A stretch of DNA of 64,000 bases from Eledone cirrhosa. Its lineage: Eukaryota. Every line of letters begins with the position of its first letter. The stretch's first letter is position 1. Of this stretch, positions 23,113 through 36,907 are shown piece by piece. The notes under the pieces are model-generated. The model was not told the origin of the DNA. It did not search any database and was given only the letters and a program-made list of their open reading frames with translations. The position numbers and the translations under genes are program-made. Location of the stretch: assembly GCA_964016885.1 (NCBI GenBank), contig OZ024742.1:276396001-276460000 (forward strand), read 5' to 3'.

Positions 23113-25419
23113 CTGAAAAAACAAAAAGTTGAAAAACTAAATATATTTTATAATGAAATACAAACCAAAAAAATCTTATTTTGAAGCAAAATAAAAAGAT
23201 TTCATTTGAAATATGTTGCAATTTGACAAAATGTCTGACATTAAATTTCCATAATCAATCCATTTATTTTCCACTAATTCCTAATTCTCCTTCATTCAGA
23301 ATGCCTATCATCACTGGCTTCACTCCTACTTCATATTTTAAAGAAGTGGCTGGAAGAGAATCTAGTTATAAACATTTTAGAAATGGTATGGAAATGTGAT
23401 GCATATAGATGATGATTATTGGGTAAAGAAGTGTCAGAAATTCCCAGTGGAAGGAAGTGACAGTAGAGGAAGGCCAAAGAAGACCTGGGTAGATGTGTTG
23501 AGAGCAAATCTCAAAATGCTAAACCTGATAGAGGAAATGAGAAAGGAACGCAGTAGGTAGAGGGAAGCTGTGCTGAAAAAAACTCATCCAACTCATGCAA
23601 GAATGGAAAAGTGGATGTAAAAGGATGAATAATGATAATGATCTCACAATATACAAACAAATATGTAAATAGTTTCTAAACTCATTTGTTTTAAAGGCCA
23701 ATGTTCAGCTATGATTCCATGGCCCTAGCAGATAAGAGAGATTTTTTTTTTCTAAAGGGAGAGGTAAAATGAGGTATCTTTTCTAAGACAAAATGAAATG
23801 CCTACTGTGCATTCAAATTCATGATATAATGTCTAACACATTTCATTTAGACTTTTTATGTCTGTGTAGTGATTTAACCGATAACAACTCAGCAGAATGT
23901 TTTCTTCCAACAAAAATCTCAAATGAGGATAATTTACCTGGAGTTATCTCCTATATTTGGTAATGAAAAAAATATTAGTTGCATTCTATTTCACTACATA
24001 TCTTATTTGAGCTTTTGTAATATTACAAACATTAAAATTACTTTAACACATTTAACTATCAAAGAGTCAGGAGGACTCTTCATTTGTGTTAAAGATATGA
24101 TAACCTGCTGGTGCAGCAATAAAATGCACCTAGTGCACTCTATAAAATTCCTTAGCATCAGTATGAGTGGCCAGTTATGGCCGGTTTGAACAGAAAGAGG
24201 TAAGAGAATTCTGGATGGATATGGCCAGTTTAAATACTTGTAGTTTAAAAGGGTTAAGCAAGATACAGGCCTCCAACCCATCTGAAATATTCAAATAATC
24301 ACTACTATAAGTCAGTAAGCTCAAAATCAACTTAACCCTTATTTTTACTATATTCCTAATTAACTACATGCTATTTCAATTTATCAATGGAGAAATTTGA
24401 GGTATTTACTAAAATTATGAATTAATTAATTAATAAGATAAGTAACCTAACATGTGGTTATTATATAAAATTATGTTGGAAGATTGTATTTTAAATAGAA
24501 GCCCTTTGAAGTGGGCAGTGTTATTTCATAGAACCAGAGTCAGTTCTGGGGAGGTTGGTATCAAAAAGCTTAATCTATAATAACTACAATGAGAGCTTTT
24601 GGGTTGCTTTGAAACTACACATCAGGTGAGTTAGACAAATTAGTTTCTCAGAGTGCTGACTTTAGTGCATTGCAGTTGGCTCTACACAAAGAAGAGAAAC
24701 GTCAACCAACATACTAATGTAGAAATGAAAACAAACACAAAACAGAAAAACATGGCAGTACTATAGCATAGTCATAAGCAGTGGTTTAAATCTTCAACAT
24801 GATCATGATCATCATTTTACATCTTTTTTCCATGTAGGCATGAGTTGGACAGGTCAGAGAAATGTGTGTTGCTTATACATTTCATATTTTGGCATGGTGT
24901 CTATGACTGGATGCCATTCCTAATACTAATCACTTTACAAACTGTACTGAGTGCATTTTAACATGGCACCAGTACTACTACTTTACAGAGTGGTCTAGGT
25001 ACATTTTATTGTGGCATCAACACTAGACAAGTTTTCTAAACAATGACAGGTTCAAAAGGTCCTCTCCACCCAATGTTATCTCTTGTTTTTCAAGGAAGTA
25101 TTGACTATTTTCCACCATGACACTAATACTAGAGAGGTTGTCTTGGCTTGTTGAAATATTTCAAATAAACCAAAACAAAACAATATATAAATTAAAACAA
25201 TTCTGACTTATAAAACTGAAATATTTTCACAGCACAACCAGAACTTGGGGATTCTTTTCAAATAGGAGGAAACTCAATCAATATCATGTTGTCTGTACAA
25301 ACAATGCCGGCACAATACATGCAGCAGATCTATCAGACTAACAAGGAACTGTAGTTTTAGGTGTACCAGAGGCACTGATTATGGTGATGAAGATATAAAT
25401 ATGAATATATAATTTAAGT

Positions 25420-25560
25420 ACAAAGCCAGTAATTTTCGGGAGGGGAAAGTCAATTAAATCAATCCCAGACTTGACTGGTACTTTATTTTATCAACCCTAG
25501 AAGGATGAAAGATAAAGTTGACCTCCGCAGGATTTGAACTCAGAAAGTAAAGACCCAAAA
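25420..25560 (-). mobile_element. tRNA-derived SINE fragment
   Basis: Reverse complement of the 8055-type SINE body. Confidence 0.65.
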
Positions 25561-27484
25561 TATGGAGATATAAGTATAACAAAAGGGCATATACCATAGA
25601 GTTATAGTGCAGCTTCAAAAATGCAAAATTTGTCAAACAGACAAATTATATTTATTCATAAATAATGAGGATTCAATGTTTTAGATACGTTTTCTGGAGA
25701 TAATTAATACAGTGTCTCCTCTTGGGTTTTTATGGAATTAATAAGATTAAGTCGAAATAGCTGTTTATCTGAAGATCTCCATTTGTGGATTGATGTTCAT
25801 ACCTTACATCAGAGGTTGATGTGTGGATGTCACTTCTAAGCAGAAGACACAAGAAGACTCTGAGGCACTACCTCCAGCATAGTTTATGTGTATGTCTGCA
25901 TGTAGTGTGGGTGTGTATGTGTGAGTCTACATGTAGTGTGTGTGTATGTAGTATACATGTGTGTATTCTGGTGCAGAGTTGATTTTTAATACACAGTTAG
26001 ATGGAATTCATGTATTTTATATTCAAACGAGAAGCTAATTTGCTATTTAAAATAGATTGTTATAAAGGTATCAAATTATCTCTTCAATAAACATCAGAAA
26101 ACAGAATTTTCACTATTCTATTTGAATACAAATAGTCTATAACTAACATGAAGGTAACATTTCAAAACCATATGTAAGTAAAATTTTGTGCAAACCAGAT
26201 TGTTCTGATTGAACAGTTTTGCATATCACACTTGATATACATTAGACAATATTGACATAGACATTGTTGAAAGAAATTTAAAAACAGATGTCAAAAGAAA
26301 CAAGTTTTCAAAAAGAGACAAACTTGCAGAAGTAGACAATGGGGGGTGAAAGACTCCAATATCCTCTCATGACATATATGTAATGCTTCAATGACAGTGT
26401 ACATTGTTTATAAATATATTTAAACAAGTAAAATAAACAGAAACAGAGACTTAAAGATGTATGTCAGTAATAGGCTTTACTAACACATCTACAACCACCA
26501 CAAAATGCTACAGCAAAGTGTTCTGTACATTGTTTATGAAATTACATTAAGTAAATGTTATACAACTAGGCAATTTGCCCATGGATTTGTGAAAACACAT
26601 TATATATAAGTTCAAGGACAGCTTCTACCTAACTTTCAATTGTTGACAGTTATAAATATAACAAATATATTTAAGACATGATATTTGTAAAAGATGCAGA
26701 AAAAAAATTTAAAAAAAAAAAAAATGAAATAATAAATTTGTGTAAGTTTTACTTGGATGCAATACTTTTCATTATTTTTTTTTCATGAATTGATTAATGA
26801 ATAAAATACTCTAAATTATTTCTATTTAATTAGTTCTTAATCTTCAACTCCCTAATCACCTTAAAATTAGTTAGTTTTCAATATAGCTTAGGAATAAACA
26901 TTAAGCTGCGTGGCTTTCAAAGAAGAAAAGGTCCATAACCTGAGGAAGTAGGATTTAATCAGGGGAATTAGAGTCAATATCTGACTGTTGAATGCCCACC
27001 TAAACTGGTGAAATTTGATGTAAATGATGTTCAGCATGAACATCAGTAGGTCAGTGTTTGCAAATAAAATGTAAGCGGGGAAGGAATTTCAGAGGATTGC
27101 AGCTCCTGCAAGGAAATATTGGATAAAATATTTTGTGTAGTATCTGGTGGCAGCAGTAGCAGTTGTAACAGTAGTAAAAGGAGAGGGTAGAGAGAACACA
27201 GATGTAAACCAAAAGTTGTAGAGTATTGGTGAGCATGTCTTTATCAATGAGTGGAAGTTTTTTGGGGTTGTGATCTAGGATGTCTGTGTGCTGTGGCAGA
27301 GCACTGTTTGATATGTGTGAGCAATACTTTAATATGGTAGTTATTTAAGCTTTGTAAAGTGTGTGTGTGAGTGGCGGGGAGGGGATTTGGGCTGAAGTAT
27401 TTCCTTTCTTCTAAAAACGTAATCCTACTCTTTGTGATGCAGTTTTGTCAATATGTGGGATGCAATGTATTTTTTAACAATACT

Positions 27485-28060
27485 ATCATCATTATTTTAC
27501 ATCCATTTTTCTATGCTTACATGGGTTAGACAGGTATAACACAGCATCCTGCTATCACTCCTCACCACTTCTTTCCATGTCTTTCTTAGTCTTCCTCTTC
27601 CATAGATTCCACCCACTTGTTTGGATTGCTTGCTAGTTCTTTACCTAACTGCTATACATACATATCAGATGTCTATACCTTGCTTGCACACTACAGCTGA
27701 TTTCTCATATACTCAGTTTTTCTCTCAACTTATTTGTGCCCCATCATTCATATCCATTGGAGCAAGATGGCCTCATTTCTTTCCAGCCTCTGTACATTGT
27801 CCATATTCAGTGTCTATGTTACACCACCATGAAATAAACTGTTAATACACAAACCTTGTACAATCTGCCCTTCACTTTGAGGAACAGAATCCTTACGTTA
27901 CCAGCAGTGATAATAGCTTTTGAAACTTTTCCACCCTGTTTTTATTCTAGAGGAACAGAATCCTTACGTTACCAACAGTGATAATAGCTTTTGAACCTTT
28001 TCCACCCTGTTTTTATTCTAACTTCTATGCTTTTAGAACATTCATCTTCACTGCTATCAA
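27485..28060 (-). mobile_element. Degraded RTE 3' fragment containing a 71-bp tandem duplication (27879-28019)
   Basis: RTE tail motif; GAGGAACAGAATCCTTACG...TTTTTATTCTA repeated twice. Confidence 0.65.
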
Positions 28061-28069
28061 GATTTCCTT

Positions 28070-30045
28070 GAGCTAGTGCTGGACTCAAACTGGTCACAAG
28101 TAGTCACCTCTCCAACAAGAGGTGACAACACTTTGGACTTGCTCTTCACCACTACTCCTGAAGTGGTTATCAGTTGTACTACTGAGGAACCTCTAGGCGA
28201 CTCTGATCATGCTATGATGATTGCCAATCTGGCTCTTGCGGGCAGCAACAAAAACCAGAACCATCTCCAATCTGCTTGCTTTGATTGGAAGAAAGCAGAT
28301 TGGAACTTGTACTGCACTGAGCTACAGCGCTCAAACTGGCATGAGTTCTATAACTCTGAAGATGTGAACACTATACTCCAGAGCATCCTGGACTCAATAT
28401 GGATAGCGTGTGCAGCATCAGTGCCACGTAAGCAGAAAAAAAACACCCCAAAAGTGCAATTTGGGAAACTTCAGCGGTCCGACTTGCCAGGAAAGAACAT
28501 CGGAATGCTGAACGGGAATATAAACTGCATAAATCAGATGCCAACAGAAAAAAGCGGAATAAATCTTCCAACCATCTCAAGCAAGTGAGAAAAAAGGCAG
28601 TTCTTGAATTTGAACAGTGCATAGCAACCAATCCTGACAGTAAGGTGTTATGGAAATATGTACATTCAAAGCAGAGACTTCACTCTCCAGTTGGGCCTGT
28701 TCGCAATCTCCACACAAGCCAGATCACTGACGATCCCAAAGAATGCGCAGAACTCATTGCTGAGTGCTATGCAAGCATTTTTACTGTTGAAAACCAGAAT
28801 GTACCATCTCCACCATCTCTAACATCAAATTCCATAACAACTATAGAATTTACACTTGCAATGCTGCAACGTCACCTTAAGAATAAGCGCAACTATGCCT
28901 CCCCTGGTCTTGATGGTGTTACATACCTGCTTCTCAAACGTGCGGGTACTTCCTTTTGCACCAGCTTTCTTTCTTCTTTCAATACTATCTCAACAATGGT
29001 GCTACTCCGGAGCAGTGGAAAACTGCCAGTGTCGTTCCTCTGTTCAAAAAGGGTGACCGCACGTCACCTGTCAACTATCGTCCAGTCAGTCTTACTAGCT
29101 GTATTGCCAAACTGATGGAATCCTGTGTCAGAGAAACACTTTGGAACTTCTGGAGCTCTCACAGCCTCATCCGGCCCTCGCAATTTGGATTTATCTCTAA
29201 CTCCAGCTGCTGTGATCAGCTTATTGAGTTCCTTGAAGACATTACCCGGATCACTGACAGCGGCTCATGGGTGGATGTTGTTTACCCTGACTTCGCTAAG
29301 GCTTTTAATTCTGTGCCACACAAAAGACTTATGGCGAAACTCTCTGCAATGGGTGTGAAGGATGATCTTTTTAACTGGTTGAAATCCTTCATTTTCAATT
29401 TGTCAAGAAGGCCAAGGGTGTCTTGGCATCACTCAGCAAGACCTTTGTTAGCCGCTCTCCAACAATCTATTTAAATCTGTATACAGCTATGGTACGACCA
29501 CACTTGGAATTCGCATCATCAATCTGGAACCCCTATCTTGCTCAGAACATTGACTTCCTGGAAACTGTTCAGAGACATGCAACCAAGCGCATACCCTCCA
29601 TCAGACACCAACCATACTCTGAACGCCTTGCTTCCCTGGGCATGGATTCATTGAAGCTACGACGTCTGGCAATGGACTTGGTAAACACCCACAAAGTTAT
29701 TAACCATCTCGCCAACAACAACCCTGAGCACCTTTTTGATCTCCATGTGTCTAACACACGTGGACATGCCTACAAAGTCAGAAAACAGCACAGCTCCCAT
29801 GACTTTCGGAAACATTTTTTCACGCTTAGAGTTGCTGAAGCATGGAACAAACTGCATCCTTTAAAACGCTCATGCTTCCCGAAATTCGCCAAAACTATAC
29901 TTGATGTCCCCCCTTCCATACACATGCACTCATGCACTGTTCATTTTCCTGACGTTTGTACATTACCCTATGTACTATATATACACTTTTGATGAGTTGC
30001 AGTGCACCTGAGCACTGTACACAATATTTTCATTATTATATTATT
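28070..30045 (+). mobile_element. CR1-clade LINE, 5'-truncated and internally deleted
   Basis: 'PTRGDNTLDLLFT..LGDSDH' (APE), 'ASPGLDGV', 'PLFKKGDRTSPVNYRPVSLTS', 'DFAKAFNSVPH', 'VRPHLEFASSIWNP' and 'TRGH..K'; (ATT)n tail; the QG/YADD core is missing near 29400. Confidence 0.9.
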
Positions 30046-30239
30046 AAGTTTCTGGTAACAGAAGCTACCAACTACTTCTTGGGTATCTTCCCATGTTTTC
30101 ATTCAGCTTTAAACTTGTATATATTCAAGATGAAAAATAACTGCATCAGCCCCTTCTTCTAATAAAAGGTAAACATTAAATATGATGTGTCTTCAATTTT
30201 TTTCCTTTTGAAAATAAGCTATGTAGAATGATGTAAATA

Positions 30240-30852
30240 TATCTCTATGCAGATGATTTGGTCTTTATAGCTGAAACCAAAAGAGAACTAGAAAATAAAT
30301 TCTGATTATGGAAACGGAATTTGGAATCAAAAGGTCTGAGAGTAAATTTAGCCAAAACTAAAGTGCTAGTGAGTAGGAAAGAAGACAGGACCCAGTTTTC
30401 CTCAGGGAAGTGGCCATGCTTAATATGCAAAAAAGGAGTAGGCATAAATTCCATACAATGTACACAATGTAAATCTTGGGTTCATGGGTTCACAAAAGAT
30501 GTAGTGGGATAACGAGTAGACTAACAGGAAGAGAGAACTTTGCTTGTAGAAGATGTACAGAAGAAATCGAGAAGAGTGCTAATTATATAAGCCCTTTCCA
30601 GTCACAGGAAGGATCCATAGACGTGGTTGATAGTTTTCTGCCCTCTAGGTGACCTAATTAGTAGCAGAGGAAGGTGCACCAAGAGTATAATAGCTAAAAT
30701 AAGGATAGGATGGAAGAAGTTTAGAGTAATGCTCCAATTGCTGACAACAAAAGGTTTCTCCCTACGTACAAAAGGAAGGCTGTATAACACCTCTGTGCTT
30801 CCAACACATGGAGGCATGGAAAAGCTGATGTAAAGACCATGATGATGATGAT
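30240..30852 (+). mobile_element. RTE LINE fragment
   Basis: 'YADDLVFIAE', 'GLRVNLAKTKVLV' and 'GWKKFR'. Confidence 0.8.
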
Positions 30853-31261
30853 ATATATATATATACACATGTATATAAGTGTGTATATTCCTTGTAAATC
30901 ATTAAAAAAAAAGTACCAGTTCAGTCCAGGAGAGGGGGTGGGCTGTATGCGAATGTAAATAGTTGTTCAACCCTATCTATTCATTCAAAGATGTTTCTGT
31001 TGACAAAAGATTCCTATTTATGAGGGAGGTAGAAACAATTTTTATTTATTATTGCAGGGAAAATTCACAGTGCTTCTAACCATCCAAACTGGTGAAATCA
31101 ATGGTTGCTTTGAATTTCAATACAGAAAATAAAAGGAAAATGTAGGATGAATGATTAGATAAAGTGTTTATTTAATGCAGAGTTTTGGAAGTGAGACACA
31201 GGATGGTGTGAGAAGAAGTATGCATGGAATAAGTTTGAATATTGTTAGTACACATATTGCA

Positions 31262-31470
31262 TTTAGCATTTAAACTGGCCACATCTGGCCAGAATTCTCT
31301 CACTTCTTTCTGTTCAAACCGGCCATAACCAGCCCCTCATACTAATGTAAAGGTATTGTTCTCAAAATAAATAATATCAAAATCCCATAGATTCAACATT
31401 ATGTGAGATAAAGCCATCACCGTGAAAATACAATAGTAAATATAGAGTAATGTAAATGCTAAAGGGTTAA
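31262..31470 (+). mobile_element. piggyBac-type MITE family A
   Basis: Same body as 32451-32652; right end TAAATGCTAAAGGG-TTAA. Confidence 0.8.
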
Positions 31471-31866
31471 GGGAACAAGAACTACTGTAGCAGAAAGAAA
31501 AAGAGACAATAGGAGGATAAAATATGTCTGTAGGCAAATGGTTGGACTGTTTTGCTCATCAGTTGAATGCTTGTGCATGTGGTAACTACATTCCCACAAG
31601 TAACCGAGTAGTGAAATTTCCACTTGTACCTTGCAGAAAATCAACAACTTCAGAGCTGAAGTATTTTCTGAATTAGAAAGGAGAGGCTAGCTCTTGGAAT
31701 TCAGTCTTATTCAAGATCTCTGTTCATAATGAGACCTTTCAGGCATGAGTTATCTATTATTCATGGGCAGGATATGAAAGGTTTTTGAAGATTCAGTAGC
31801 AGTACCACAAATATGTATGTGTATGTTTGGTTGGTTAGAAGTAACAATGAAGACAAGGTTATTTAA

Positions 31867-32077
31867 ACCCTTTTGTTACCATATTTCTTATGAAAGATTT
31901 GAAAATAACCAAGAATTAGGAGGGATTTTCTCATTATAAATCTGGTATTTGGAACAACTCAAAAGTTCTTATATAAAATTAAAATGTAAGGTTTGAGATG
32001 AATATAAAGCCATTAAAGTAAACAATTTTGTACCATAGCACCAGGGGGAGTTTTAGGTAGTTTGGTATCAAAAGGGT
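31867..32077 (+). mobile_element. piggyBac-type MITE family B
   Basis: CCCTTTTGTTACCA...TGGTATCAAAAGGG termini; related degraded copies near 13115-13340, 24335-24572, 32838-33000 and 47880-48062 (-). Confidence 0.6.
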
Positions 32078-32450
32078 TACATAAAAAAAAACTAATTGTT
32101 TTAATAAAGGAAAATATATTCAGTAGGCATTTCTTTGCCTGACTATTATCACACCCACACACAAAGGAGGGGGGTTTCAGTGGGAACAAAAACCTAATTC
32201 TAAGTAACTACATTAATAAATACATTAAGGTCAAGATTGCTTTATACAAAGTTTCACAATGCAGCGAATAACAATGCTACCATCTGCAATCGTTCACACA
32301 TTTGAGGCTAAATAAAAACGCTGTCTCAAATATCATGTGTGAACATTATAACTTATTCTATCAATAGACAGTTTCATAAGAAAATGTTATCTAGTTATTA
32401 AAAGTTTTTGAAGAGAAGGGGTATTAGTTTTTGTTTTGTGTAGTCATTAA

Positions 32451-32652
32451 CCCTTTAGCATTTAAACTGGCTGTATCTCTTTCTGTTCAAACCAGCTGTA
32501 ACCGGCCACTCATACAGATGTTAAGGTATTGTTCTCGAAATAAATAATATCAAAATCTCATAGATTCGATATTATGTGAGATAATTATGTGAGGTAAAGC
32601 CTTTACCATGAAAATGTAATAGTAAATATAGAGTAATGTAAATGCTAAAGGG
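32451..32652 (+). mobile_element. Full-length piggyBac-type MITE family A (202 bp)
   Basis: 14-bp TIRs CCCTTTAGCATTTA/TAAATGCTAAAGGG with TTAA on both flanks. Confidence 0.88.
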
Positions 32653-33027
32653 TTAAACATATGCAGAATTTGGGAATCATAAAGCACAGGTACAAGTGTC
32701 TGTAAGTAGCAAGGCTAATGTATAAATGAACATTATTCAATTAGCTCTTAGTGTATCCCCCGGCTCTTAACAGAAACAAGATGGCTGCAAGAATAAAGTA
32801 TTGGCCCACTTTTTTTATTAGGTTGTGATTGCTATACCCCTTTTGTGGCCATATTTCTAATTAAAAACATTACCTATGGTTTTTAAAATATTTTGAAAAT
32901 AATCAAGGATTTGGAATGATTTACTAACTTTCTTATTATTAAGCAGAGGTTTAAAACATGACTTAAGAAATGTTCTTACATAAAATTATGATGGAAAGGG
33001 TCTTCCTATAAAGGAAAATTGTATATA

Positions 33028-33362
33028 CAGTGTACCCCTGTCATTTGCAGTCCGGTTATTCACGAAATTTTCTTTAGAACCTAACTAATAATTGTTCATG
33101 GAAACCACGGCATATTTGCGGAATCGTAAATATCTTGCACAATTTTTTAATGGCATTTTTAATGCTAAATTATTAATAACAATATACCATATTTTCCGAC
33201 CTATTGGACGCCTCTTCACACTCGCTTTTTTTTTAAAATTATATTTTACGTTATATTTTGACGCTTATAGGCATTTTTATGGACCACGTCGAATATTTGC
33301 TATTTTTCACTCTTCGCGAGTGCGCTAGGAACATAATCCCCGCAAATACTGGGGAACAACTG
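33028..33362 (+). mobile_element. Tigger/pogo-like MITE
   Basis: TA-CAGTGTACCCCTGTCATTTGC...GCAAATACTGGGGAACAACTG imperfect TIRs. Confidence 0.55.
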
Positions 33363-33837
33363 AATACATATATAAGGAAGATAGTATATATACATATATA
33401 AAGATTGTAAAGTCTAAATTTTTTATACACTTGCATTATTATATGGAGGACTTTATACAGAATTTTTGTTAAAGATCATAACAAAAACAATACCAAACTG
33501 TTGATGTAGTTTGGTAAAAAATAATTATTATAACCATTATTATAATTGTTGTTAGGGTGGTAGATTAGCAGTATTTGCTCCTGCTCCTTACGTCCTAAGT
33601 TCTAATGCCGCTGAGGTGATCTTTGCCTTTCATCCTTCTAAGGTCGATAAAATAATGTACCAGTCAAATACTGTATCGATATAATTGACTGTCCAAACCC
33701 CTCAAAATTGATGGTCATGTGCCTAAATGATTGTTGTTGGAGCATAACCCACTTGAGGGTTTTCTGTCTTGTGGTGGAGAATACACAAATCCTTCCTTGT
33801 CCCTCTTATCAGCACAGAGCTGTATCATCATCATTCA

Positions 33838-34160
33838 TCATCATTTTACGTCCGCTTTTCCCTGCTTGCAAGGGTGGGACGGGAACTGATTCTGGCTTGA
33901 TTTCTACAGCTGGATGCCCTTCCTAACACCAACCTCATTTACAGTGAGTGCTGGGTGCTTTTTTGCCGTGGCACCTGCACGACCACTTTACAGTGGAATG
34001 ATATGGACCCCAGTCCTATCATCTCATTTCTACAGCTGAGTAAACTGGAGCAATGTGAAATAAAGTGTCTTGCTCAAGGAAACAACACATCACCCGGTCT
34101 GAGAATTGAACTCACAACCTTTTGATTGCAAGGCCAATGCTCTAACCACTAAGCCATGTG
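33838..34160 (-). mobile_element. tRNA-head SINE with RTE-derived 3' tail
   Basis: Minus strand starts ACATGGCTTAGTGGTTAGAGCA (A box) and has GAGTTCAATTCTC (B box); the tail shares 'GGAAGGGCATCCAGCTGTAGAAA' with RTE 3' UTRs. Confidence 0.8.
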
Positions 34161-36479
34161 CCTCCATGTAGTGACCAAAATAGTGGAAGTAACATCACTA
34201 TGAACAACCAGCACAAAGACCACGAGCAACAATGGCATCCAGCACAGTAGCTATGCTGAAGATGACAAACCACATCAGCAAAAATATATTTAACATGAAC
34301 CCTACCCACCAAAGAATGTAGTGTATTAACACAAAAAAATAGAAACAGAATAGACACATGTGCAGACATACTGCTATCCCTCACTCTATCCTCTCTCTCC
34401 CAAAGCACGGCATTAAATGATGAAAAAGAGAACAGACCACGGTAAAAACTAGTGGTACAGGCAGAGCCTCCAAGAGAAACTTTGGAAGGTGGCACAAGAC
34501 TCCTTTGAGGTCCGAAGCAGGCAAAGATTTTTCTCAAAATGGATGTTGCATAGTTGCTGTGGAGTCTTCTTAGCTCATGGGCCCCCAGAACAAAAGTATC
34601 CCCCCCCCCTCTCATGGGCTCTGGGTACAGGTAGAGAAGAAGCAAGAAAACCAGCAACAGTTATGCAATAAGATTTGATGAGACATCAAAGAACTTGAAC
34701 ACCACCACTACCATCACTATCACCACCACAATAACAACAGAACTAAACCCACAATCACAACCACAGCAAAAACAACTATAGAATCAACAATAAGAATATA
34801 AACAACAGCAAAACACACAAATAACAAAAAGAAATAAAGAAATAACAACGAAACACACACAACTTCTTTCAACTTTACTGTTGTATAAAAATAGAAACAG
34901 TGATACAAAATGCTGAAGGTAAGATTTGGTGAGACATCAAAGAACCTGATAACCACCACTAGCCTCGTATGCCCCCCCCCCCCCTGTCACCGCCTTCACT
35001 ATCACCACCAAAACGAGCAAAAACAACTATAGATACAACAACAGCAAAACACAAAAAAAGCAGAAAAATACACAAACATAAAAAAATACATAAAAAGAAA
35101 CAACAAAAACAACAGTGAGCTGGGGGACTATTCAAAACAATTCAACAGCAAAATATAAACTAAAGCAGCGGTCGCCAACCTCGTCTGTGAGAAGATTTTG
35201 GTGGTCTGCAGAAAAATTTTAATGCATCTATCTTTTTTAAAAAATTCATAATAGTGGTCTACAGGATTTAAAATTATGAATTTAGTGGTCCATGAGGTTG
35301 GAAAGGTTGGCGGCCGCTGAACTAATGGATAGGATTTTCAGGAGTTTGTCCTAAAAACACCATTAGATATATTTCTGTGGAAAATACCACCAGAGCTACA
35401 TTTTCATAAATCCATGTCAGGCTTGTTTTCCACACACTAATCACAACTGACAACAGACTGAGCACATTCCAAACAATGTTAGCAAAAGAACAATGTTGCT
35501 GCAGGGTAAGGCTATGAACATGACTGTAGAATACAGAGTTTAAGATTTTGACTAAAGTATGATCAGCAGCATGCAGACTGGTACTTCCAGCAGATCTATC
35601 CACAACAACCACCCCCTAATGTGATACATCATAGAGAGGATGGGCAATATACCTGGCATCAATCCAAAGACTTCAGTAGCATTGATCATCAATGCCTGAA
35701 GGCTATCCTCAGTACAACTGGCTTCTGCCTCATTTTCAAAGGCTAGATTACATCAATGTACTACGAAATCTGCTCAGTGATCAGATTAAATAATCATTTA
35801 TTGGAACGTTTTTGAATCACATGCTTAGTCTATCAAAGTTAACCTCTTTCATTGTGCCTGTACATTTTTGCTCTTGAGCATTTGCTACAGGAGCTCATCC
35901 CTTACAAACCTAGATGCAGGTTGAAGCTCATCCCTTACAAACCTAAATGCAGGAAGGTTTCCTTGGCATATCCAGGTATAATTGAAACAAGGTGCTGAAC
36001 TAGGTGGTTAGTCATACACGGAGATGGGCTTAGAAGAGACTATTCCTGAAAGGTCAAACAGAAGTGATAAATGTATGGAGGGTTTCATATGCTACAGCTA
36101 ACTACACAGGCATACAAAAATTGAGATCACTGTTTGTGGGTCACATTTTCACACAGCTTATCTCTTTTAAAGGGCTACAATCCTCGGTCATGCAAAGATT
36201 GTGCACCTGGTATCTGTAATCAGGCACACGGTCTGCTTGTTTATACAATGTCAATGAGGCGGTCAATGATTTAAAAGGTTTTGGAATCTCTGCTCTACAC
36301 TCATGGATGCGTGGCATATTTCAGCTATGCTCTGCAGACAAGATGGCAAAGGTGTTACTGTGGAAAATGGCTAGTGATACCTATTGTATCAGCCATTCCA
36401 CCTCATCCAAACTCAGTGGAGGAAAATGGCAGTCTAGGGATCAAGAATACTGAAGGTATCAATAGCAACTGACACAAAA

Positions 36480-36885
36480 GAGAACAGGCTAGTCAATGCT
36501 AATTCTAACCTTGTTGACTGCTCCTCTATACATGGCTTGTACTGCCCTCACAAGCTATTTATCTATTCCAAGCTTTCTAAGAGCCCACTAGATAATGGAA
36601 CAGGGGGAGGGAGCTTTGTCAAAAGCTTTCTCCAGGTCAACAAATGCCAAGTAGAGGGGTTTACCTTTAGCTAGGTACTTTTCCTGTGGTTGCCTCACAA
36701 CAAAGAGGGCATCAGTGGTACTTTTACATGGCACAAAACTGCATATCTAGGTTCATTCAGTCCCTAATCAACTGTGCTATAACTTCCTGTGACATTCATG
36801 ACCTGGTCCATTAAGTTGATGCCTCTATAGTTTTCTCTGTCTAGAGAACCTCCTTTGCCATTGTAGCAGTTGACAATGATGCTGT
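36480..36885 (-). mobile_element. Older RTE RT fragment interrupted by a younger RTE
   Basis: 'LAFVDLEKAL' and 'NYRGINLMDQVM'; sequence appears to resume near 39020. Confidence 0.7.
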
Positions 36886-36907
36886 GACACCAGTCATTGG
36901 GTATAAC

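Noticed and set aside
25232-25355. Possible exon in the large intron
   Set aside because: Short open frame with no recognisable homology and no compatible splice pair.
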